Part shown: positions 29,231-39,867 of the stretch, one piece after another
Position numbering within the stretch: the first letter of the stretch is position 1
Layout: each line of letters opens with the position of its first letter
DNA from: a virus
Taxonomy: Duplodnaviria > Caudoviricetes
DNA length: 64,000 nt
IMG/VR virus record: IMGVR_UViG_3300031555_001542
Span: 46,014-110,013 of that record
Reading direction: 5' to 3' (one strand)
Notes under the pieces: generated by a model
Seen by the model: the letters and a program-made list of their open reading frames with translations, nothing else
Told to the model about the DNA's origin: nothing
Database searches by the model: none
Program-made: the position numbers and the translations under genes

Positions 29231-30355
29231 ATGGCAACAACATATGTACGCAACGCTAATGGTGAATTTGAACTAGTTGGTCCAGGTGGAGCAACCACCG
29301 ACCCTACCCTATCACTAGCTGGAAAGCCTGCGGATGCTGCAGCGGTTGGCAGTGCGCTATCTAATTATGCAACAACAGCATCTGTTAACACTCAGTTTGG
29401 CGCTTGTAGAGAAGACCTAGATGAGTTAATGTCTCGTTCACATAATATTTTTAGTAGTCTAACGGAAATTGGAATTACAACGTTTCCAACAACCATGAAA
29501 ATTGTTTCTGAAAAGATGTCTGAAAATAGCATGGTAGTTATTGATACCCGTAAGGTAAATGGGTCTGGCACCGATTATGGTACCGAGACTATTTCTGACT
29601 GGGGAAGTTCAGCAAACGGCATGGCATTAATCATGAAGGGTGTTACAACTGCTCGTGTTACTATGCTAATTTTATATGGTTCTAGTGAGTCAGATCATGG
29701 TGATTTTACTGTTGGCAATTATGCCGTAAACAATAATACTGTTAGCTGGACTTCATCAAGCGATTTTCTTGGTAAAAAAGTTGATAAGATTTCTAAGAAA
29801 GCTGCAGTTGACCTAAATACATTAACCGAATCTGGTTTATATTATGTCTCTGACGAAACTGCAGATTTACACTGCCCAATTGGATCAAATGGCCATATAT
29901 TGGTTATGTCTGACGGTACCCGTGTGCGCCAGGTATTCTTTAGAGTTGGCACAATAGACTCTAATAATTTCCAGTGGTATTCACGCAGTCTTGGTTCAGA
30001 CCTTACAGTTGGTGATAATGGCTGGAGTAAATGGTGGCTGTTGTCTGGAAGCGAAATTGCATGGCAAGGAACCGCAAAGCTAAATGCAGAAATCAACCTT
30101 GGTAGCCGCTATGGGTGCCAAGCATGGATAATTGCGGGTCAGCCAACTAAGACCGATACTTTCTCTACGATATATATCCCTCGTCACTTTTTGACAACTG
30201 ATCAGACCAAGTGGAAACTACAAATTGCAGATGAAACTGGCTATGTAAGTTTTTATTTTTATTACAAGACAAGTGATGATAATGTATATGCAAAAATTGT
30301 TTGGGTGTCCGACACAACTAATAGCGCATTAAGATATGCTTATCGTGTTAGCTAA
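29231..30355 (+). CDS. Tail fibre protein with pyocin-knob-like domain
   Basis: DPTLS.AGK.ADA.AVG; DLNTLTESGLYY...RQVF...WSKW. Confidence 0.7.
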   Translation: MATTYVRNANGEFELVGPGGATTDPTLSLAGKPADAAAVGSALSNYATTASVNTQFGACREDLDELMSRSHNIFSSLTEIGITTFPTTMKIVSEKMSENSMVVIDTRKVNGSGTDYGTETISDWGSSANGMALIMKGVTTARVTMLILYGSSESDHGDFTVGNYAVNNNTVSWTSSSDFLGKKVDKISKKAAVDLNTLTESGLYYVSDETADLHCPIGSNGHILVMSDGTRVRQVFFRVGTIDSNNFQWYSRSLGSDLTVGDNGWSKWWLLSGSEIAWQGTAKLNAEINLGSRYGCQAWIIAGQPTKTDTFSTIYIPRHFLTTDQTKWKLQIADETGYVSFYFYYKTSDDNVYAKIVWVSDTTNSALRYAYRVS

Positions 30356-30366
30356 GGAGGGATAAT

Positions 30367-30741
30367 ATGCAGGTTATTTTAAATGAGCAAGGTTTTGTTG
30401 ACGCTTATGCACTAATTGGAAGCTTCGGTTACGATGCAGCGACTGTTAATGAGCCTGAAAATATTGATGATTTTGAGAATAATTATCGCAGCTATTATCT
30501 TTCTGATGGCAATATTCTTGTGAAGAGTGACGATAAACAGAAAGAAATAGAAAATGAATGTGAAAATGCTATTTTGCGCTCTCAGCGTGAGAAGGATTGT
30601 TTCTCATATATTAATCGTGGTTATTTATGGTATAGCAAATTGACTAAGAAGCAGAAGGAAGAGTTAAGCTCTTGGTATCAAGCATGGCTTGACGTTACTG
30701 AAATCAAGGTTATTCCTGAGAAGCCTGAATGGTTAGTTTAA
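30367..30741 (+). CDS. Tail fibre assembly chaperone-like protein
   Basis: C-terminal W..W.QAWLDVTE...PEKPEWL typical of fibre chaperones. Confidence 0.6.
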   Translation: MQVILNEQGFVDAYALIGSFGYDAATVNEPENIDDFENNYRSYYLSDGNILVKSDDKQKEIENECENAILRSQREKDCFSYINRGYLWYSKLTKKQKEELSSWYQAWLDVTEIKVIPEKPEWLV

Positions 30742-30750
30742 TTTAATGTG

Positions 30751-30776
30751 GGTGCCCAGTTACCAGGGCACCTTTT
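30751..30776 (+). terminator. Terminator-like hairpin
   Basis: GGTGCCC/GGGCACC followed by TTTT. Confidence 0.55.
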
Positions 30777-30803
30777 ATAAATTTATATAAAAGAGGTGCT
30801 TAA

Positions 30804-33800
30804 ATGGATATTTTACAAGCGCTTAAGAAGACAGTTGAGTCCATTAAGGCATGGACAGATGAAAATAAAGTTTCAAAGGTCTCTGGCAAGGGGCTTTCTA
30901 CAAATGATTACACCACTGCTGATAAAAATAAGGTCGCAAATATGGCAAATGACCTTGTTGTTATTGATAAGAAATTATATTTGGCACAAGACGGTGTGCC
31001 TTTAGAGGCAACTGCTGTAACTCTTCCAAGTGGAGGATCAGGTGGAGGTAGTGGTGATGCGAGTGCAATTACACTCAAGAACTTATTAGACTCTAATACA
31101 TTAACTGTGGCTGTTGGTGGTGAGGCAAATCTTGAATTTAGTTTTGCTTCTAGTGAAGACGATGGCAATGGTACTGCCTACATCTATGTTGGTGACGTTT
31201 TAAAGAGCACTGCAACTATAGTTACTGGCGACAATAAACTTGATATTTCAAGATATATTGGCGAGGGTGCTAATGCAGTAAAGTTGGTATGTATGGATAT
31301 ATATAGTAATAGTAAGTCATTATCCTATACTATCAATGCTATTAACTTGAAAATTACATCAACTTTTGATGATTCACAAATATATCGTGGCGACATTAGT
31401 TTACGCTACATTCCTTATGGCGCAGTAGAAAAGACTATTCACTTTGTAATTGATGATGTTGATACTACAGATATTGTTAGCGAAACTGGTAAGCAGCAAA
31501 CACATGTGATTCCTGCATTATATCATGGAACACACTTGTTAAAAATTTATGCCACAGCAGTTATTAATGGAATAGAGATTAAAAGTAATGAATTGTTATT
31601 TGATCTTTTGTGCATCGAAGAAGGTGCAACTACACCAATGATTGCATCTGCATATAGCAAAACATCTGTAACTCAAGGTGAGTTAGTTGAAATTCCATTT
31701 ATTGTTTATGACCCATCAAATATGAATGCAGAAATTACTTTGACAATATCACAAGGTGATGAAGTTTATCATACTGTTCCAAGAACAGTTGATAGAACTC
31801 GTCAAACATGGAGTACAAGAAATTATCCAGTTGGTCAGGCTACTTTTACAATTACATATGGAAATATCAATAAACATCATGAAATTACTGTTATTAAAAG
31901 TGATATTGACGTTTCTGTAAAAAAAACAGATTTGGAATTCCAGCTTAAAGCAGCTGGTAAGTCTAACAGTGATAATGACCGTGATACTTGGACTAGTGGT
32001 GATGTAACTACTACATTTGAGTATATTAACTGGGAGTCTACTGGTTGGGTCAATGATGAAAATGGTGATACGGCATTGAGATTATCTGGTGATGCAAAAG
32101 CCACAATTAATTTTATGCCATTTAAATCTGACGCAAGAACGACTGGCAGAACAATTGAAATGGAATTTGCCATTAGAGATGTTAATAATAGAGATGCCGT
32201 TGCAATTTCTTGTTTGAGTGGTGGCATTGGTTTTACTGTTACTGCTGATACTGCGACATTGACAAGTGAACAGACAAAAATTAGTTGTAACTATACCGAT
32301 GAAGAAAAGATTAGAGTTGCATTTGTTATTGAACCAAAATCTGAATATAGAATGATGAGTGTGTATTTAAATGGTGTTCTTTCTGGTGTAAAACAATATC
32401 CTGATACTGATAATATGCAGCAGAATCCTACTGTTAATATTACTGTAGGATCTCCATATTGTTCTGTTGACTTGTATACTATTAGATCTTATAATGCGGC
32501 GCTTATTACATCTGAAGTTAGAGATAATTATATTGCTGATGTTGCAGATATTAGTGAAAAGTTAGCTCTATACGAGGATAATAACATTTATGACGACTTT
32601 GGCAGCTTAAGCTTCTCTGCATTAAAGGATAAAATCCCCGTGTTAGTTATCACGGGCACTTTGCCAACTTACAAGGGAGACAAGAGAAAAGTTACTGTAT
32701 CTTATACTGATCCATTAAATCCAAGTTTAAATTTTGAAGATTCTGCAAATATTGATGTTCAAGGTACTAGTTCAGCAGGTTATGTACGAAAGAACTGGAA
32801 GATTAAAACATCGGAACCACATATCCTTGACTTAAATCAAGTTGAAACTAAAGTTCTATGTTGGAAAGTTGATTATGCAGAGGCGACTGGTACACATAAT
32901 ACTGGTAATGCAAACTATGCTCATATTTTCTATGGAGATGTAAAGACACCGCCTCAAGAAGATGATGATAGAGTTAGAACCACAATTTATGGTAGGCCAT
33001 GTGTTATTTTCCACAAGGCTGATAGTGGTTCTGAACCTGTATTTTATGGAAAGTCAAACTCTAACGTGGATAAGGGTGGCGAAGAGGTCTTTGGTTTTAC
33101 TGAAGATTATCCAGATGCACAATGTGTTGAATTCTGTAATAACGATGCTGCCGCATGTAAGTTCCAAGGGCCAATTCCTGACGATTGGGGAGACGAATTT
33201 GAGTTCAGATATCCTGACGGACATAAAGATATTTCTTCTTTCAAAATAATGCATGATTGGGTTGTTAGCACTTGGCAAGATGGTGCTACTGGTGATGTAT
33301 TGGCAGATGTTTATATTGGATCAGACGGCAAAAGCTATACTAATGACACAGCAGAGTATAGACTTGCAAAGTTTAAAAAAGAGTTTGCCGAATATTTTGA
33401 TTTTGACTTTATGTTGATTTATTACCTATACACTTTTGTAATTCTCATGGTTGACCAGAGAGCTAAAAATATGTTCCTAACTACTTGGGACAAAAAGCAC
33501 TGGCAAGCATGGCTTTACGACAACGATACATGTTTAGGTATCAATAACGTTGGTGAGCTTGTTTTTGACTATTATCATGAAGATCATGACACCGATGGAG
33601 ATAAATATGTTTATAACGGTGCGGAAAGTGCATTGTGGGTAAACTTTAGAGAATCTTTTGCAGATGAAATTAAAGAATTATATGCAGAATGGCGTAAGCA
33701 CGAAGGCAAGCCAGAAGATCTTGTATCTTATGATACGGTTAAAAGTCTGATGTCTTATGATAATATTATTGAATATTTTATTACTCGTCAGTCCGACAGA

Positions 33801-36527
33801 TGGTCTATATCTGTATACAACGAAGACGCAGACTTTAAGTATATTAGTATGTTGCGCTCAGATAACAACTCAAGATATCTTTTCCAGGTTAGAGGTACTG
33901 GCGAAGAACACTTAAAATATTTTGCAAAGAACCGCTTAATGTATTGTGACTCAAAATGGAATGCTGGTTATTATCCTGACGATAGAATTATACTGCGTCT
34001 TTATACGCCAGACGGCGATTTAGCAGTTACGCCAAATCACAATATAACTGTAACTCCATATTCTAATATTTATGCAGGCGTAAAATATAATGCTAATGGT
34101 ACATTGCAACAGCAGAGAGCAGAAAGAAATGAAGAGGTCACATTTAGACCATCTGCAGACTCTGAATTTGGTGATACTGATACATATATTTATGGCGCAT
34201 CAGAGATGTCATCAATTGGAGATTTGTCTCCCATGTACTGTGGTTATGTAGATGTGTCAAAAGCTACTAAATTAACCGAACTTATTGTCGGATCTAATGT
34301 GGAAGGCTATACAAATACAAACCTTAAAACAGTTTCTGTAGGTACTAATAAATTACTGAAAAAAATTAATGTATGTAATTGTCCTAGTTTGATTGACCCA
34401 CTAGCACTTACAAACTGCCCAAATATTCAGGAAATCTATGCAACTGGTTCTGGCATTACTGGTATTGAATTACCTCCTTCTGGTTATTTAAAGAAGGTGT
34501 ATCTACCTGGAACTTTAACAAACTTAACAGTTACTAATCAGCAATATATTGAAGAGTTTGAATTAGAGGGTTATGATAATCTAACCACCCTTCGTATTGA
34601 AGATACTGTTAATGTGCCTGTCGAAGATATTATGCTTAATGCCCCGAATTTAAATCGTATTCGTCTAATTGATGTGCAATGGGAAGCAGAATCTGAGGAT
34701 GCACTTGTACAAACAATTGAAAAATTTAAGTCATGTCTTGGTTTGGATGCAAATGGCAATAACACTGATAAAGCTATTGTTACTGGTAGAGTTCATGTTG
34801 CAGAGAAAGTTTCTGACGCAGTATTTGGCGACATCTATAATAGTTTCCCCGACCTCGTTGTTGATGATGGCAGTGAAGAAATTTATATTGTAAACTACAA
34901 AGATCGTGATGGTAGAATACTGTATTCTACTAGAGTAGCTGAGGGTGCTTCCGCAATTGATCCAATTGAAGAGGGTTATATTGAAAAGCCAGAACCAATT
35001 GAAACAGACACGTATAAATATGAATTTATAGGCTGGAGTACATTACCTACTAACATCACAAGACACTATATTATTATTGCTCAATATCATACAAAATTTG
35101 CAATTAAGTTCTTTTCAAATGAGAATGATAAAGAGCCATATTATAAGCAATGGTCTGTGCAGGGTGATGCTGCGGAAGATCCTGTTGCTGCCGGTGTAAT
35201 TTCTGCGCCGACCAAAACTGGAACTAATGATATTAGTTATAAGTTCTCAAAGTGGGACAATCTACCAACAAACGTTCAAAAGTCTATTAGTGTCTATGCA
35301 CAATATGATACTTACTGGGCTGCAAGATTCTGGAATGATAAAACACTTTATCTAACAGAGTGGGTTATTGATGGTGGTGCAGTTATTGAGCCAAAGAATT
35401 ATTTTGAAGACTATATTAACCCAACACGTGCAAGCACAGCTCAATATGACTATCACTTCTCTAAATGGGATGGAGACTTTGAAACAACTATGACTGGTAC
35501 TCGTGAATTCTATGCTACGTATTATAATACAATTCGTAAATACAATGTTTATTTTTATAATGAAGCAAGATTGCTATACACAGTAGAGAGTGTGCCTTAT
35601 GGTAGCAGTGCGTCTTATAGTGGTCCAACTCCAACAAAGTATGGTGTTGAAGATCCAAGTGAATATGTATTTAAGGGGTGGTCTCCTCTACCAACGGAGA
35701 TTACTGGAGAAACTAAATGTTATGCTTTATTTAAGTTTACAGGATATCTATTTGGCAAGCTTGGAAAGACAGATGGGGAAGATTATGGATATGGTACAGT
35801 TGATAATCCAAATTGGAGTACTATTAATGCTTATTGGGATGTAATTTCTGCTGATGTTGTTTCTTATAAGAATGGCATATTACATGATGATGATTTTATG
35901 GCAAAATATCCTATTGGTGGTCGTATGATTATCCCTGTTACACTATCAGACGGTACTGTAACAGCAGATGTTGAAGTTGTTGGGTATAATCATGATGACC
36001 TGTCTGATAATTCTGGAAAAGCTCCACTTACATTCTTCTGTGCAGATTTGCCACAAATTTTATACCGAATGAATCAAGAAAGTACTAATGATGGTGGATG
36101 GGAAGCTAGTGCAATGCGTGAGTTTGTTAATGGAGATGTGTATAATGCGCTCCCAGACAATCTTAAAATGATTATTAAGCCAGTTTATAAGTTTTCTGAT
36201 GGTGGAAGGTCTAATTATACATTAGTCACGACAATTGATTGTTTGTGGTTAGCTTCTTGTGAGGAAGTTAATGCGGCACATCTTACTGGAGGGAACTTAG
36301 TAATTGGACAAGGAGAAGCATATGATTCTGTATTCTCAACAGTTAATTCTAGTCGTATAAAATATATTACAGATAAAGGTGTAGAGGGACGTTGGTGGCT
36401 ACGTAGTTCTTATTGTGGTGACTATGGAGATAGCACATTGTTCTGGCGTCTTAGAAGCGATGGAGGCGGTATTCAAGTTGATCTCGCCTTTAATCTTAAT
36501 TACGTCGCCTTTGGTTTTTGTATTTAA
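30804..36527 (+). CDS. Giant adhesin/fibre protein B (Ig-like, LamG-like, CotH-like kinase, LRR, InlB-B-like repeats, DUF6273/CLec-like tip)
   Basis: Uninterrupted paralog of 12844..19592; DVQGTSSAGYVRKNWKIK, MVDQRAKNMF, YDNDTCLG; C-terminal WWLRS...AFGFCI*. Confidence 0.85.
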   Translation: MDILQALKKTVESIKAWTDENKVSKVSGKGLSTNDYTTADKNKVANMANDLVVIDKKLYLAQDGVPLEATAVTLPSGGSGGGSGDASAITLKNLLDSNTLTVAVGGEANLEFSFASSEDDGNGTAYIYVGDVLKSTATIVTGDNKLDISRYIGEGANAVKLVCMDIYSNSKSLSYTINAINLKITSTFDDSQIYRGDISLRYIPYGAVEKTIHFVIDDVDTTDIVSETGKQQTHVIPALYHGTHLLKIYATAVINGIEIKSNELLFDLLCIEEGATTPMIASAYSKTSVTQGELVEIPFIVYDPSNMNAEITLTISQGDEVYHTVPRTVDRTRQTWSTRNYPVGQATFTITYGNINKHHEITVIKSDIDVSVKKTDLEFQLKAAGKSNSDNDRDTWTSGDVTTTFEYINWESTGWVNDENGDTALRLSGDAKATINFMPFKSDARTTGRTIEMEFAIRDVNNRDAVAISCLSGGIGFTVTADTATLTSEQTKISCNYTDEEKIRVAFVIEPKSEYRMMSVYLNGVLSGVKQYPDTDNMQQNPTVNITVGSPYCSVDLYTIRSYNAALITSEVRDNYIADVADISEKLALYEDNNIYDDFGSLSFSALKDKIPVLVITGTLPTYKGDKRKVTVSYTDPLNPSLNFEDSANIDVQGTSSAGYVRKNWKIKTSEPHILDLNQVETKVLCWKVDYAEATGTHNTGNANYAHIFYGDVKTPPQEDDDRVRTTIYGRPCVIFHKADSGSEPVFYGKSNSNVDKGGEEVFGFTEDYPDAQCVEFCNNDAAACKFQGPIPDDWGDEFEFRYPDGHKDISSFKIMHDWVVSTWQDGATGDVLADVYIGSDGKSYTNDTAEYRLAKFKKEFAEYFDFDFMLIYYLYTFVILMVDQRAKNMFLTTWDKKHWQAWLYDNDTCLGINNVGELVFDYYHEDHDTDGDKYVYNGAESALWVNFRESFADEIKELYAEWRKHEGKPEDLVSYDTVKSLMSYDNIIEYFITRQSDRWSISVYNEDADFKYISMLRSDNNSRYLFQVRGTGEEHLKYFAKNRLMYCDSKWNAGYYPDDRIILRLYTPDGDLAVTPNHNITVTPYSNIYAGVKYNANGTLQQQRAERNEEVTFRPSADSEFGDTDTYIYGASEMSSIGDLSPMYCGYVDVSKATKLTELIVGSNVEGYTNTNLKTVSVGTNKLLKKINVCNCPSLIDPLALTNCPNIQEIYATGSGITGIELPPSGYLKKVYLPGTLTNLTVTNQQYIEEFELEGYDNLTTLRIEDTVNVPVEDIMLNAPNLNRIRLIDVQWEAESEDALVQTIEKFKSCLGLDANGNNTDKAIVTGRVHVAEKVSDAVFGDIYNSFPDLVVDDGSEEIYIVNYKDRDGRILYSTRVAEGASAIDPIEEGYIEKPEPIETDTYKYEFIGWSTLPTNITRHYIIIAQYHTKFAIKFFSNENDKEPYYKQWSVQGDAAEDPVAAGVISAPTKTGTNDISYKFSKWDNLPTNVQKSISVYAQYDTYWAARFWNDKTLYLTEWVIDGGAVIEPKNYFEDYINPTRASTAQYDYHFSKWDGDFETTMTGTREFYATYYNTIRKYNVYFYNEARLLYTVESVPYGSSASYSGPTPTKYGVEDPSEYVFKGWSPLPTEITGETKCYALFKFTGYLFGKLGKTDGEDYGYGTVDNPNWSTINAYWDVISADVVSYKNGILHDDDFMAKYPIGGRMIIPVTLSDGTVTADVEVVGYNHDDLSDNSGKAPLTFFCADLPQILYRMNQESTNDGGWEASAMREFVNGDVYNALPDNLKMIIKPVYKFSDGGRSNYTLVTTIDCLWLASCEEVNAAHLTGGNLVIGQGEAYDSVFSTVNSSRIKYITDKGVEGRWWLRSSYCGDYGDSTLFWRLRSDGGGIQVDLAFNLNYVAFGFCI

Positions 36528-36562
36528 TATGGGTTCGCCTCTACCTTAAAAGAGGATAACAA

Positions 36563-36589
36563 AGCTGGGTGAGTTAATCTTGCCCAGCT
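36563..36589 (+). terminator. Hairpin after the fibre cluster
   Basis: AGCTGGGTGAG/CTTGCCCAGCT stem; weak T tract. Confidence 0.45.
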
Positions 36590-36613
36590 ATTATATTTTA
36601 GGGGGTGAGTCCA

Positions 36614-37120
36614 ATGACAATCCAAGAAATAAAAGAACTATTATTTGGTAATGGTACTTTTTGGGCCTGTGTAATTTTTATAACGTTGTCTATGATTGAG
36701 GTTTCAAAAATTAAAATTAATCCATGGACAAGACTCGCAAGTTTTTTTGGTAATATCATTAACAGTGAAGTTATTAAGAAAATCGATAATCTACAGAGCG
36801 AGGTAAATGGCGTCAAAAACGAGATCAATAATGTCACAAAAGAAGTGCAAGGTGTTAAACAAGACATGACTACATTTAGAGAAGAAGAGGATGAACGTAA
36901 TGCAACTTCTTGCAGAACTCGCATCCTAAGATTTGGCGACGAGATTTTGCATGGAACTCCACATAGTAAAGAGCATTATGATCAAATGCTTTTGGATATT
37001 TCTACGTATGAAAATTATTGTACAGATCATCCAAAATATATGAATAATGTTGCAGTTGCCACAATTGCTCATATAGAAAGAAAATATCAAGAACACTTAG
37101 CAAATGATAGTTTCTTGTAA
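36614..37120 (+). CDS. Holin-like membrane protein
   Basis: N-terminal TM helix, KINPW motif, coiled coil, R.RILRF.DE; precedes the endolysin. Confidence 0.6.
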   Translation: MTIQEIKELLFGNGTFWACVIFITLSMIEVSKIKINPWTRLASFFGNIINSEVIKKIDNLQSEVNGVKNEINNVTKEVQGVKQDMTTFREEEDERNATSCRTRILRFGDEILHGTPHSKEHYDQMLLDISTYENYCTDHPKYMNNVAVATIAHIERKYQEHLANDSFL

Positions 37121-37122
37121 TA

Positions 37123-37139
37123 AACAATACAAAATTAAT
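37123..37139 (+). promoter_or_regulatory. Conserved motif, copy 5 (AACAATACAAAATTAAT)
   Basis: Exact consensus match directly upstream of the endolysin. Confidence 0.6.
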
Positions 37140-37166
37140 ATTTGTTAAAATAAAGGAGGGCTTTAA

Positions 37167-38648
37167 ATGGCTTTAATTGGAAATTCAAATGAACAAAAAA
37201 TGTGGAACTATTTAAAATCAAAAGGTTTAAATGATTGTGGTGCGGCAGGTCTACTTGGAAATATACAGGCTGAATCTGCGCTAAAACAGAATAACCTTGA
37301 AAACATTGGAAACACAAGACTTGGTATGACTGATGAGCAATATGTTTCTGCTGTAGATAATGGTGGATATACAAACTTTGTCAACGATGCTTTTGGTTTC
37401 GGAATTTGCCAATGGACATACCATACTAGAAAGAGAGCTCTCTATGAATATGCGAAATCTAAAAACAAATCTATTGGTGACTTAGAGATGCAACTTGACT
37501 TCTTGTATAAAGAATTAAGTGAAAGTTATCCATCTGTATTAAAAACATTAAAAAATGCAACATCTGTCAAAGAAGCATCTAATGCAGTTTTGCTGCAATT
37601 TGAACGTCCAGCAGATCAAAGTGTTGCTGTGCAAAATAAACGTGCATCTTATGGACAAACTTATTACGACAAATATGCAGGTCAAGTTTCAGATGTGAGT
37701 CCAGCTACCTATTCTATTTTTAATATGAGAACGACAAAACCAGAGGCTGGTAATAAGTATTATATAACCAAAGCAAACGGTGGATGGTCTGACGCTATTA
37801 AAGGAAGTCCAACAGATGCAAATTGTGATGTGTTGCCAAACTGTGTTGGTTATGCTTATGGTCGCTTTAATGAAATTGGTGGATATGGATATTGTAAGCA
37901 TCTTCGTCCTGTAAATGCGGAAAATTTTATGCAATATAAAGGCTCTCTAGAAGTGGGACAAACTCCCAAGGTGGGTGCCTGTATGGTCTGGCAAAAGGGT
38001 AATACTCTTTCCAATTCTGACGGCGCTGGTCATGTTGCTATTGTGGAAAAGGTGGTCAGCTCTACGCAAATTATAACTTCTGAAAGTGCTTATGGTGGTC
38101 CAGCATTCTATACACAAACACGTAATAAGGGCACTGGAAATTGGGGTATGGGAAGCGCTTATGCATTTCTTGGCTTTATCTACAACCCCGCAGTAAACGG
38201 CTCTACAACTGTTAGCAGTAATGTTACTACCAATTCTTCTGGAGAAGAAGTCTATATTGTTAAAATCCATGACACTTTGTCCGCTATTGCTGCAAAGTAT
38301 GGGACTACATATCAGGCACTTGCTAAATATAACAACATCTCTAATCCAAATAGAATTAGTGTTGGTCAGCAGATTAAGATTCCTGGCAAAAATGTTAGCA
38401 CCAATACAAACGCTAATGTAAGCAATAAATCTTGGACTCCAAAAGTTGGAGACGTTGTTATGTATAACGGCAATAAACATTATGTCAATGCAAATGCAGC
38501 TGTTGGCTCTGCTTGTAAAAGCGGAAAAGCAAAAATTACAAGCACCTATCAAGTTGGTAAGTCAAAGCATCCATACCATTTAGTTGGTGTTTCTGGAGGA
38601 TCTACTGTTTATGGTTGGGTTGATGAAGGGAGTTTTACTAAGATATGA
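37167..38648 (+). CDS. Endolysin: phage-tail-lysozyme-like, CHAP, LysM and SH3-like domains
   Basis: AGLLGNIQAES/GICQWT/FERPA; LPNCVGYAYGR and GHVAIVE (CHAP Cys/His); YIVK..DTLSAIA..NRISVGQQIKIP (LysM); GWV. Confidence 0.9.
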   Translation: MALIGNSNEQKMWNYLKSKGLNDCGAAGLLGNIQAESALKQNNLENIGNTRLGMTDEQYVSAVDNGGYTNFVNDAFGFGICQWTYHTRKRALYEYAKSKNKSIGDLEMQLDFLYKELSESYPSVLKTLKNATSVKEASNAVLLQFERPADQSVAVQNKRASYGQTYYDKYAGQVSDVSPATYSIFNMRTTKPEAGNKYYITKANGGWSDAIKGSPTDANCDVLPNCVGYAYGRFNEIGGYGYCKHLRPVNAENFMQYKGSLEVGQTPKVGACMVWQKGNTLSNSDGAGHVAIVEKVVSSTQIITSESAYGGPAFYTQTRNKGTGNWGMGSAYAFLGFIYNPAVNGSTTVSSNVTTNSSGEEVYIVKIHDTLSAIAAKYGTTYQALAKYNNISNPNRISVGQQIKIPGKNVSTNTNANVSNKSWTPKVGDVVMYNGNKHYVNANAAVGSACKSGKAKITSTYQVGKSKHPYHLVGVSGGSTVYGWVDEGSFTKI

Positions 38649-38989
38649 TAGAAGCTATTAGACTTTTAATACATGAAAATAAACTCAAAAAAATTAAAAA
38701 GCAAGGCGAGAGATATAAAAAGGAAAAGGCTATTAAAGATGCTTATGCTGAATATTGGCCTGAGGGTAAAAAGCGCAAGGTTTCTAATATTATGCTAGTT
38801 GTTTCTGTGATTGCTATCGTTGGATATGTGATTGCTAATTATGTATTACAGTATAAAACTGGAATAGAGCTTAGTCCAACAATTACACCATATTGGTTTT
38901 TATTTTGGACAAGTGAAGTGTTTTTATTAGCAGGAATTAAAACAAGTAAGGTTATCAAGGGACATGATGATTCAATGAATACATTTTAA
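38645..38989 (+). CDS. Two-TM membrane protein (holin/antiholin candidate)
   Basis: Two hydrophobic segments; overlaps the endolysin stop. Confidence 0.55.
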   Translation: MIEAIRLLIHENKLKKIKKQGERYKKEKAIKDAYAEYWPEGKKRKVSNIMLVVSVIAIVGYVIANYVLQYKTGIELSPTITPYWFLFWTSEVFLLAGIKTSKVIKGHDDSMNTF

Positions 38990-39034
38990 TAAAATGAGCA
39001 AACAAGTGACAATGATTTTATGAGGTATAAATAT

Positions 39035-39793
39035 ATGAGCAAAAAGAATATATGCGATTTAAAAGAAAAAAGTGATTTTATATGCTTTATGGAAGATGCA
39101 ATAGACGGTTTGCTACGTATGGTCTCTTGGATATTATTAATATCTATCGTTATCATCGGTATGTATGAGACTCCAAATATATCTACATGGGATGATATTA
39201 CTGATAATTATACATGTGTAATAAATAATTTTTATATCAATGAAGACTCTAGTGTTGATGATGCGAAGATGCTAAATGAATTTGTTGAAAGTCTACCATC
39301 AGTTTTTATAAGGGAATTCAGAAAAAACTGGAGGGTAATTATCGAAGACTATATTCCTACTCCCATTAATTATCCTAATAATGTCATAATTGGTGGGTAT
39401 ACCGATTGGAACTCTAGAATCATTCTTGTTAGAAAACAAACAAGTTCTACTGATACACTCGATACTTTTATTCATGAACTCGGTCATTGTTTTGATTTCG
39501 AATATGGTTCAGTAAGTTATAGCGAATTATTTGGCAACATATATGATTTATATAAAGATGATTTTAGTGAACAATATACAAACTCACCTGTTGGATATTC
39601 TACATCATCTACGGCAGAATTTTTTGCTACATGTTTTAAAGAATACATATTATGTCCAGAGCATTTAAAAACAGTTGCTCCAAAAGCATATAATTTCGTT
39701 GATTATTTCTATAAAGATATACAAAAAATAAAGTATATATACATATACGATTTAGGAGCCGTTGCTAATATAATGTCAAGATTTGCTGAATAA
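39035..39793 (+). CDS. Membrane-anchored zincin metallopeptidase (anthrax lethal factor-like fold)
   Basis: N-terminal TM; GGYT; FIHELGHCFD (HExxH); AEFFA. Confidence 0.75.
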   Translation: MSKKNICDLKEKSDFICFMEDAIDGLLRMVSWILLISIVIIGMYETPNISTWDDITDNYTCVINNFYINEDSSVDDAKMLNEFVESLPSVFIREFRKNWRVIIEDYIPTPINYPNNVIIGGYTDWNSRIILVRKQTSSTDTLDTFIHELGHCFDFEYGSVSYSELFGNIYDLYKDDFSEQYTNSPVGYSTSSTAEFFATCFKEYILCPEHLKTVAPKAYNFVDYFYKDIQKIKYIYIYDLGAVANIMSRFAE

Positions 39794-39867
39794 ACATAGA
39801 TTGCATTTGGTATACGTATATTAGCCGAACTCTAAAACAAAGGATTGATATTTCAATATGTTAATCC

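Noticed and set aside
19592-36527. Complete diversity-generating retroelement
   Set aside because: No reverse transcriptase, Avd or adenine-specific template/variable repeat pair seen in the window; kept only as a possible target
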